DNA from: a virus
Taxonomy: Duplodnaviria > Caudoviricetes
Direction: 5' to 3' (one strand)
Virus record (IMG/VR): IMGVR_UViG_3300038530_003368
Location: 1 to 34,158 of that record
DNA: 34,158 nt
The notes beneath the pieces were generated by a model. That model was not told the origin of the DNA. It saw only the letters and a list, made by a program, of their open reading frames with translations, and ran no database searches. Positions 8,926-16,742 of this stretch are shown one piece after another (the stretch's first letter is position 1; each line of letters opens with the position of its first letter). A program made the translations under genes and the position numbers.

Positions 8926-11148
8926 TTATGATATAATTTTACTAACAAATCCCTTGTTGCTATACTTTGCAAAGTTAAGATTTATTTGATTATCTTTTTT
9001 GTCAACAACTTTTTGTTTAGAAAAGTTAGCCATTATGGCAAATCCTGAACTTACAGTGGCATCAAACCTAGTTCTATTGTTAATATCGTAGTTTGACCAA
9101 TCCAAAAGAGTCCTGTTAAAAAACATGGAACCGCAGTTTCCAAAATCCATATTATCTTCATCATTAATAACACCGATATGATTTTGAATATACGCTTCAA
9201 TATACTCTGCATGCGCTGATATGACTGCTGAAGATGAAGGTATACCACCTAACTCTCTTTCTGCTTTAGATAAAACGTTCTTGTGTTTATCAGGCCTATT
9301 TAAAGAAAAAGCTCTGTACCCTCTTTCTTTCAGATAATATAAAAGCCTGGGTTTATTATTTTCAACCAATATTGGCATACCATAATAATGTAAAGCCATC
9401 AAAACGTCTTCATAAAATATTTCAGCTGTAGGGGGTCTAGATATATATTCTAGAAAAAAATAGTTTGACGGCGCGTCTTCCAAATGAAACTTAGTCATAC
9501 CATGCAACGAACCCTTTGACCCACCTCCTTGAACCGTACCTGATATGTCATAAGAGTCACAACCAAAACTACCTAAGTGCGCATTACCAGGTATTTTTCT
9601 TGTCCCTCTGTGTATTACATTATTCGCTAGACTATTAGAAGGAGTCCAAGAAGTAAAAAAACGACCATTACTATCAGGAACCCATATAACTTCTGTATCC
9701 CTTTGTCCATTCCTCCACGTGAAAGAACCCCTAGTAATACTTGTCTTAATAGCAAAAGAGTCATTATAATCAATTTGTTCGTATATTTTAGAAAGATTAA
9801 ATATAGTGTTTTTTGATTCATCTCTAAAAGCATGTGACTCTGTCCTTGGAAACTGTCTGTAAAACTCATTCAAAGCATCTTGGTCATTTTTCAAACCATC
9901 TACTTCATTTTTCCAATGGTCAATTACACCTCCATATATAGCGTCTCCATAAGGGCCAAATACTTCTGTTTCAGGATTATCGAAAACTGGCCATCCATAC
10001 TCATCTAAGAAACCTTCATAATTCCACTCCATAGGAATGAAAAACGAATATAATCCAGAATTAGTTTGCCCATTTTTATTTCGCTTTGTAACATCTGAAT
10101 CATAATATAATTTTTTGAAATTATCACCACCTTTATCTAAAGCGTTTGATGTTGAGCCCATCATACATTTACCTATAATTCTACTACCGAGCCTTAATGT
10201 AGTTTTTGTAACTCTCCAGTTATTCAAAATGTTATTTGGCTTTTCCCATTTTCCGCTCTCATCATGAACAAGAAGTTTTAATTTTTCTCCATCATAACTA
10301 TTGTCTCCTGTGTTCTTCCAGTCTATTGTTGTATCCAAACCTGAAAGCTCCTCAACTTTATCTGTGCTTGTTATATTTCTTCTTGTGAGTTTTGATGCTG
10401 GCACCCTATATGCTAGTTCTGATTTTGGTCTATCCATACCGTCTTGTATCGGCTTGAAGAAAAACGGATAGTTGACTGATATTGGCACAACTTTATCTGT
10501 AAACATTTTTTTTGCATCAACCCCTGACTTAGACAATATACCAAATCTAGAATCTGAATTTATTGTGGCAAGATTTACAGTTTCACCTGACGCCATAAAA
10601 GAAAAGCCACTTCTTCTGTTTTTAAGATAACACATACCATAACAACGCTGGTCTGCTTTACACGCTTCCCAAAAAAAGTAAAATAATCTATTTGACTCTC
10701 TAAAATCTGGCTTACCGACATCTATTTTAGACCACTGCAAATACATGTAGTGTGCGCCAGTAATGTACGTAGGTATTCCTTTATTGTAAAACCAAAAGCC
10801 CTCATCTCTTTTTTCAAACTCACTTTCAATATAATCAATGTATTTGTTTTTAAAATCACTTGGGTATTCTCTCCAATCAAAAATACTTTTAATACGATTG
10901 AGCTCTTTAGGGTATTCAGCAGCTTGCCATTTATTTTCTTTGAATCTAAAAACCTTTTTAGGTTTCTTTGGTAAAGCTATTTTTAGGTTTTGTATTTGAT
11001 ATACTTCACCAATCATTCCTGTTTTCGATATCACGACAACATCATGTTCAGAATTATATCCATACTTCCAGCTTTTTGACTTATTTAGTTTATTTATAAC
11101 TTCTTCGTCAATAGGGTTTACAATGCCATATAGAGTTTGTTGATACAT
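8926..11148 (-). CDS. terL: Terminase large subunit
   Basis: Walker A-like LKNRRSGFS, Walker B LLVHDESGK, coupling motif MGSTSN, RNase H-like nuclease acidic motifs (GCDSYD, VENN, RFDATVS). Confidence 0.92.
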   Translation of the reverse strand: MYQQTLYGIVNPIDEEVINKLNKSKSWKYGYNSEHDVVVISKTGMIGEVYQIQNLKIALPKKPKKVFRFKENKWQAAEYPKELNRIKSIFDWREYPSDFKNKYIDYIESEFEKRDEGFWFYNKGIPTYITGAHYMYLQWSKIDVGKPDFRESNRLFYFFWEACKADQRCYGMCYLKNRRSGFSFMASGETVNLATINSDSRFGILSKSGVDAKKMFTDKVVPISVNYPFFFKPIQDGMDRPKSELAYRVPASKLTRRNITSTDKVEELSGLDTTIDWKNTGDNSYDGEKLKLLVHDESGKWEKPNNILNNWRVTKTTLRLGSRIIGKCMMGSTSNALDKGGDNFKKLYYDSDVTKRNKNGQTNSGLYSFFIPMEWNYEGFLDEYGWPVFDNPETEVFGPYGDAIYGGVIDHWKNEVDGLKNDQDALNEFYRQFPRTESHAFRDESKNTIFNLSKIYEQIDYNDSFAIKTSITRGSFTWRNGQRDTEVIWVPDSNGRFFTSWTPSNSLANNVIHRGTRKIPGNAHLGSFGCDSYDISGTVQGGGSKGSLHGMTKFHLEDAPSNYFFLEYISRPPTAEIFYEDVLMALHYYGMPILVENNKPRLLYYLKERGYRAFSLNRPDKHKNVLSKAERELGGIPSSSAVISAHAEYIEAYIQNHIGVINDEDNMDFGNCGSMFFNRTLLDWSNYDINNRTRFDATVSSGFAIMANFSKQKVVDKKDNQINLNFAKYSNKGFVSKIIS
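8970..8977 (-). promoter_or_regulatory. Possible -7 promoter element TAACTTTG for portal, inside the terL 3' end
   Basis: TAnnTTTG about 50 nt upstream of the portal ATG. Confidence 0.4.
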
Positions 11149-11426
11149 TACTTAGATTTTCTTTCTGCAAAACCTGAAAAAGATTTTTGTTTTTCTTCTA
11201 CTGGCTTACCTTCAATCAATGCTTTTTCTACTTCTATTCTATTTAAAATTTCAAAAGCATCAAATATTGCAAGCTTTTTTGTAGCTGCTGCATTTTTCAA
11301 TCTATCTGCAGCAAGCTCGTCTTCAGGGTCAGGCTTTATTATTTCCTCCTCTGCAACCTTAATTAATTGTTTGACAGCTTCGTGCCCTGCTTTTATTATT
11401 CTTTCTTTTATATCATTTACACTCAT
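11148..11426 (-). CDS. Putative terminase small subunit
   Basis: 92 aa helical protein coupled to terL by a TAATG overlap; call by position only. Confidence 0.45.
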   Translation of the reverse strand: MSVNDIKERIIKAGHEAVKQLIKVAEEEIIKPDPEDELAADRLKNAAATKKLAIFDAFEILNRIEVEKALIEGKPVEEKQKSFSGFAERKSK

Positions 11427-11430
11427 AAAG

Positions 11431-11994
11431 TTAATTTAAAATTGTACATATATCTCTGGTGCTCATTCTATACATTTTTTCATCATTGATTTCAAACTCA
11501 TACTCACTGTCTTTTCTAAAGTTTACTTTAGAGCCTTTTTTAATACCTATAGATTCTAAATTTTTATTAGAGTATGTTACATAGCCTGTGTTTTCTTCTA
11601 GCCCCTCCTCATGTAAGTACTTGTGTTCCATTTCAGTAGGTTTTACAAAACAATAATCATCTACAGAATACCAGTTTTCACCATCGTGATATAAATAAAA
11701 TTGATAGGGGTCTATAATATAAACATCACCTTTGAAGTAATTAGGTGATTTCCTTGGTCGTCCTTTCATGTCGTAATAAATACGAAAGACGTTGTGGTGA
11801 ACTATAATCGTGTCACCTTTTTTGATTTCTCCTTTGTAGTATGTTGGAGTTTGTAAAACTTCCGCAAACCTATTGACATGCATATGCTCAGCAACACTGC
11901 TGTTCACAATCATCTTCTGACCTGCCAATGTGATTTCGTTATTGTAATGATTGCCTTTTGATTTGATTAAAAAATAAAAAGGGGATTTCATCAA
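11431..11994 (-). CDS. Tandem GroES-like (co-chaperonin-like) protein
   Basis: Two ~85-100 aa halves, each with a GroES-like pattern: FLIK...AEV...IKKGDTIIV and CFVKP...GYV...IKKGSKVNF...EFEINDEKMYRMSTRDI. Confidence 0.6.
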   Translation of the reverse strand: MMKSPFYFLIKSKGNHYNNEITLAGQKMIVNSSVAEHMHVNRFAEVLQTPTYYKGEIKKGDTIIVHHNVFRIYYDMKGRPRKSPNYFKGDVYIIDPYQFYLYHDGENWYSVDDYCFVKPTEMEHKYLHEEGLEENTGYVTYSNKNLESIGIKKGSKVNFRKDSEYEFEINDEKMYRMSTRDICTILN

Positions 11995-12215
11995 AAATCA
12001 ATATTAAATTCAATTGATATAGGCATATTTTTATTAAATTCTTTCCATTGAACAACCTCTCTGTTTCTTTCTATATATATAATATAAGAATCAGATTTAG
12101 CTGAGTATTCAATCAAATGAATTGTATATGTGCCGTTTAAAACTTTTTGCCCTACTAAGTAGTGCATACAACTACCTTTGTAGTCGGCACCTACTGAAAT
12201 TTTACGAATTAACAT
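11991..12215 (-). CDS. Hypothetical protein
   Basis: 74 aa, beta-rich, overlaps both neighbours. Confidence 0.65.
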   Translation of the reverse strand: MLIRKISVGADYKGSCMHYLVGQKVLNGTYTIHLIEYSAKSDSYIIYIERNREVVQWKEFNKNMPISIEFNIDF

Positions 12216-12480
12216 TTTCCTCTACTTTTTCTTCTAGAGGAATAATAATGCCTGTTTCTAAGTTTAAATTACCCTTACCGTGCTTTTCTTCTAACTCTCT
12301 CATAATTGCGCTTATTTTGTCCGCAAATTTTCCAATTTCAGTTACAAGTGCAGCCTTATGGGCTTCAACAGCTCCAACTTCAATTTGAAGTCTTTGTTGC
12401 CCTAGTCTAAGGTTTCTTAATTCTTCTAGTGATTTGTCGTCTACTTTAACGACATTAGGTTCTACTTTTTTTGTTGCCAT
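12202..12480 (-). CDS. Small coiled-coil protein
   Basis: 92 aa with a heptad pattern and a C-terminal GNLNLETG hairpin. Confidence 0.65.
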   Translation of the reverse strand: MATKKVEPNVVKVDDKSLEELRNLRLGQQRLQIEVGAVEAHKAALVTEIGKFADKISAIMRELEEKHGKGNLNLETGIIIPLEEKVEENVNS

Positions 12481-12510
12481 TTTATTAAAATTAAATTATT
12501 TACTAATATA

Positions 12511-12518
12511 CAAAATTA
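12511..12518 (-). promoter_or_regulatory. -7 promoter element TAATTTTG
   Basis: TAnnTTTG 30 nt upstream of the first gene of the packaging cluster. Confidence 0.5.
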
Positions 12519-13010
12519 ATTTAAGGCCAGAGGTTCCTTTGTGTAAGTTCTACCCTTATCATTAAATTTTTCAGTCATCCAAAACAATCCATCGCTTTTC
12601 CATTGACCGTGCCACCTAGGAGCTCTAACACCCCTTCTGTCAGTGTGTTTTGCGAATTCCCATATCCTATTTGCATTGCCTTTTATTTCATCCAAAGACT
12701 TTACATAGTATACATCAAATGGCCCTAGCTTTGTTGCATCTTCCATTAAAGTTGATAGATTATCACCTATATCTCCTGTAATACAAATATCTATATCTGT
12801 AGTTTTCCAACCCTCTAACAAGCCACCAACTAAATATAATTTATAACCTGTCCAATCTAATGCCAATAAATCTTCAACACACCCTTTGTATATTGTGTCT
12901 TCAATGCCTTCCAGCCAAGGAACAAATCTAAGCGCTCCATCTATATATCTTACCTCTCCATCAGTGTCAAGGTTGTAATTATCTATATTTAAATTTTCAA
13001 AATATCCCAT
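12516..13010 (-). CDS. Pol beta-superfamily nucleotidyltransferase-like protein
   Basis: YKLYLVGGLLEGWKTTDIDICI fits hG[GS]-x(n)-DhDh; candidate third Asp in PFDVYY. Confidence 0.55.
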   Translation of the reverse strand: MGYFENLNIDNYNLDTDGEVRYIDGALRFVPWLEGIEDTIYKGCVEDLLALDWTGYKLYLVGGLLEGWKTTDIDICITGDIGDNLSTLMEDATKLGPFDVYYVKSLDEIKGNANRIWEFAKHTDRRGVRAPRWHGQWKSDGLFWMTEKFNDKGRTYTKEPLALN

Positions 13011-13013
13011 ATC

Positions 13014-16000
13014 TTATATATCATAATCTGTTAACGTAAATACTATTGTTACTGCAACATCTTGCCAATATTTACTAGTTGAGCTTTTTTGATAAACTAA
13101 AGAAAATTTATCACCAGCTGCGTATGTAATATCACTGTTGGCAGTAGGCGTCCATGATATTGAGGAACTCACATGTGTCAACTCACCACTTGAAGAATTA
13201 CCTGAAACTGAACCATTTTTGTAAGCTTTTAATTCTGTTGTAAATGAAGAACTCTGAGAGCCTGACACTGTTTTCATTATTACTTTTTTTAATACGCATG
13301 CATATGGAATGGTAAAAAAGTGTGGCGCAGACGCACCTGATACGGTTGTTTCTGTTATACTCCCTGCTAATGGTATTATTAAATTACTTGTAGAAGATGT
13401 TGTATCATCAAAAGACGCATGAATTACCATAGGTACATCTCTTGCCATAGCTATGTCCGCTACCATATTACTTGAAAAAAGATTGCTAAAAGAAACTTTA
13501 TTTACACCTCCAGAATCATTGAATAAAATAGTGGAGCCACTAGTAGGTGTTCCTGTTGATGCACTATTAATTACATTATCACTTCCATTGCTATAATCAA
13601 TAGCTATATCATCTGCATTAGCAGTAATACCATCACCACCTACAACATTTAATGTTGGGTTTACAGTGCTAGTACCAGATTGTGTCATACCATTACCAGC
13701 TGTTACACTAGTTACTGTACCTGCATTAGATGTTAACCCTGATACAGCAGTATCAATTGCATGCTGTATTTGAGCACCTGTTGCTAATTTAGATGAACCG
13801 CTACCTACGTCAGCTGTATCAGCAGCGATAGTTGGTGTTGTTCCTCCTGTTGATGTTAATGGTGCTGTTGCGCTTACACTTGTCACCGTTCCTGTATTTG
13901 CGGTTGCGCCTGCAGCAATACCATCCAGTTTGGTTCCATCTGCAGCAACGTCTCGCCCATCAATTGTTCCACTAGTAATTATATTACCATAAAAAGTAGC
14001 GCTTTTGTCAGAGTCTAAAAACAAAACATTTTCTAAAGCAGACCCAGTGTATACCTGCATTTTCATTCTTGTTTTCTTATCTGAACTTGTAAATACATTA
14101 TCTGCTTCTACTAAAATAGTACCAACTGTTAAGTCACTTGTAACAACGCTATCTCTTGCTCTAAAATTTACTGCACCAACATCATCACCAGTAGAAAAGT
14201 TACCGCTACCAGTATGGTCTTTTCTTGTTGAAATATCAAGAACTGCTTTAGACGTTGCATGTTCTTTTCTTATAGTAATATCCTTATGGGCTATTTGGCT
14301 GGCTGCTAAATATTCATGAACTAAAACATTATCTACTTTGAACTGTATTCTAGTAGAAGCCGCATCATCATCAGTATCAGCTTCTATAAACACATATGAG
14401 TTAGCTGCTCTAATTCTAAAATCTACATCATTAGTAGTGTCTGTAATTACAATTCTAGGAGTACTAGCATGAGTAATAGTTAAATCACCAGTCATAGTAC
14501 CACCAGCTAAAGGTACATGCCCAACTTGAGAGTATGTATACGCTGTGTTCCATTGACCTATTTTCGTAGGGCTAACAGTAGCGCCACCAATAGTTAAATA
14601 ACTACTTGTGTGTGCGCTTGCGTCAGCGTGTATTACAAAATCAGCACCACCATTATCCTGTCTAGTAATAATCAAATCATTATTATCTGCATTGTAAACT
14701 CTAAATTTTATATCGTCATCATCTTGAAAAATAATATGTGGCGATTCACCTGAGCCATCATCTAAAGTTAAATCACCTGTTAACGTGCCGCCAGCTGTAG
14801 GTAAATATGCAGAACCATCAACACCTCCAATAGCGCTTAAAAATTGTGAGGCACTTAAGTATGATAAAGTTTCATCCGCGTTTATTCTTATATAAGAAGG
14901 AACACTTACATTACCTAGTTGCGCAAAGTTAGTACCGACTGTTGTAAACGTAGGCAAACCTGATATATCAACACCGTCAACTGTACCAGTTATACTTAAA
15001 TTACCAGCTATAGATGTATTGTCGTTTATTTCAACACTACCTCCATTAGTATCTATTATAACCTTACCACTTGATATTTCATTTGCAATATTAAAATGAT
15101 TGGTACCACTTGAACCAAAACCTAAATAAGCACTTCTGCTGTTATCTGTGCCTGTTTTGTAAAATTCTGCATAAGTATGGTTTGTACCTGCAAGAGCTAT
15201 TGTAGCGGCATTTTGGGTAAACGTTATTTTACCAGTTGCTGTGTCAGCTTCATCACTTCTCAAGAATGAAGAAGCGTGTAAATTATCAACCGTATCTGCA
15301 TTACTAGCTGAACTAGCTGCAACGTTTGTTATATTACTACCATCACCATGTAGATTAACAGCAACAACATTTTGCCATCTATACGAACTACTACCTAAAT
15401 CTTTTGAATTATCTGTTTGAGGAAGAATATCACCTGATGTAGTTATATAATCATCTTGGTGTATTAAAAACCTGCTACTTTCTGTTCCAGCTGCTAAAGA
15501 TTTTATTTCAAAAGACTGCTTGCCAGCATAGTTTTTAGTTTCCATTAATACACCATGCGTTCCGTCATCATGAAGCATTTTAATAGTAGAATCTAGTTGG
15601 CCAGTATCACCAGAGTTATTATTGTCTCCTCTTAATATTAATGTTGCAGTTCCATTTACTGTTACTTGTAGTTCACCAGCTATATCAGCGTTACCATTTA
15701 TATCTAAACTAGTACCTTCTAATTCCGTACCTTGTATTTTACCTGTAGATGTTATAGCTCCAGAACCTATTGTTCCAATATTTGCTAAGTTTCTTGATGA
15801 GTCTATAACTAATGTACCAGCTACTCTATATCCATTTAAAGCATCAATTTCACCAGCACTTGAACCATCATCAGCATATGTTGTTCCAGCATATAAACTA
15901 CTAACTCTAATTTTTTGAGCACCGCCTGTTAATGTTAAAAATGGTATATTATTACTACTTCTTATACTAGCAATATTTACTAAGTTCCTACTTAAATCTA

Positions 16001-16733
16001 TAAATTGTGTTTGACCACCATCACCTATATATAATCCATTTTCACTAGCTGTAGTGCTATCAGACCTAAATTGAAACGCATTTCTATTTGACCAAGTTAC
16101 ATCATTCCCAGGAAAACCATAAGCTATAAATCCACCTTCAGAAGCAAACACTACATTTTCAGATGCATAATTAATATTATCTTTAATAACAGATTTTGTA
16201 TCTCCAGCTACAATAGCAACTGTATCATCAGCTCCTAACGCAATAGCTCCTTCTTTACTAACTCTACTAAGTATTGTTTTTTCTGTGCCGTCTCTATCTA
16301 TTTTTAACAAGGCTACTTCTGAGCCATATTCACCTGTGTCTGATGTTTCATAGTCAAACACTATATGACCATTGGTTGTAGTAAATATAAGATTATCACT
16401 CATGGTTGTAGCGCCTAAGCTCAAACTACCATTAATAGTTGGACTTTCTATTACTACACTTGTATTTGCTCCACCTAATGTTAAGGTTCTTGTTGAACTA
16501 GAATCAGCAAATATAGCCATGTTCTGTTCAAACCTAATATCTACAGTGTTTGTACCATCACCAATAAAAACATCATCACTACCATTACCAATAATAATAT
16601 CACCAACAGCATTACTTAAAACTAGGTCATTGCCACTTTGGTCAATTTTACCAGCATTAGCTCCTGCTGAAGTAGTAAACTGTATATGGTTTTCGTCTTT
16701 TATTAGTATGTTATGTAAAAATGGTATTGGCAT
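13014..16733 (-). CDS. Long tail fibre protein
   Basis: 1239 aa, G/S/T/D-rich; fibre motifs LPTAGGTLTGDL, DLGSSSYRW, NADTVDNLHASSFLRSD, GTVTSV. Confidence 0.8.
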   Translation of the reverse strand: MPIPFLHNILIKDENHIQFTTSAGANAGKIDQSGNDLVLSNAVGDIIIGNGSDDVFIGDGTNTVDIRFEQNMAIFADSSSTRTLTLGGANTSVVIESPTINGSLSLGATTMSDNLIFTTTNGHIVFDYETSDTGEYGSEVALLKIDRDGTEKTILSRVSKEGAIALGADDTVAIVAGDTKSVIKDNINYASENVVFASEGGFIAYGFPGNDVTWSNRNAFQFRSDSTTASENGLYIGDGGQTQFIDLSRNLVNIASIRSSNNIPFLTLTGGAQKIRVSSLYAGTTYADDGSSAGEIDALNGYRVAGTLVIDSSRNLANIGTIGSGAITSTGKIQGTELEGTSLDINGNADIAGELQVTVNGTATLILRGDNNNSGDTGQLDSTIKMLHDDGTHGVLMETKNYAGKQSFEIKSLAAGTESSRFLIHQDDYITTSGDILPQTDNSKDLGSSSYRWQNVVAVNLHGDGSNITNVAASSASNADTVDNLHASSFLRSDEADTATGKITFTQNAATIALAGTNHTYAEFYKTGTDNSRSAYLGFGSSGTNHFNIANEISSGKVIIDTNGGSVEINDNTSIAGNLSITGTVDGVDISGLPTFTTVGTNFAQLGNVSVPSYIRINADETLSYLSASQFLSAIGGVDGSAYLPTAGGTLTGDLTLDDGSGESPHIIFQDDDDIKFRVYNADNNDLIITRQDNGGADFVIHADASAHTSSYLTIGGATVSPTKIGQWNTAYTYSQVGHVPLAGGTMTGDLTITHASTPRIVITDTTNDVDFRIRAANSYVFIEADTDDDAASTRIQFKVDNVLVHEYLAASQIAHKDITIRKEHATSKAVLDISTRKDHTGSGNFSTGDDVGAVNFRARDSVVTSDLTVGTILVEADNVFTSSDKKTRMKMQVYTGSALENVLFLDSDKSATFYGNIITSGTIDGRDVAADGTKLDGIAAGATANTGTVTSVSATAPLTSTGGTTPTIAADTADVGSGSSKLATGAQIQHAIDTAVSGLTSNAGTVTSVTAGNGMTQSGTSTVNPTLNVVGGDGITANADDIAIDYSNGSDNVINSASTGTPTSGSTILFNDSGGVNKVSFSNLFSSNMVADIAMARDVPMVIHASFDDTTSSTSNLIIPLAGSITETTVSGASAPHFFTIPYACVLKKVIMKTVSGSQSSSFTTELKAYKNGSVSGNSSSGELTHVSSSISWTPTANSDITYAAGDKFSLVYQKSSTSKYWQDVAVTIVFTLTDYDI

Positions 16734-16742
16734 AATTAAAAT

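Noticed and set aside
8926-11148. Intein or intron in the long TerL; internal ORFs 9051..9248 and 9627..9869
   Set aside because: No intein splice or homing endonuclease motifs seen; the extra length is an N-terminal extension, and the internal ORFs are alternative-frame noise
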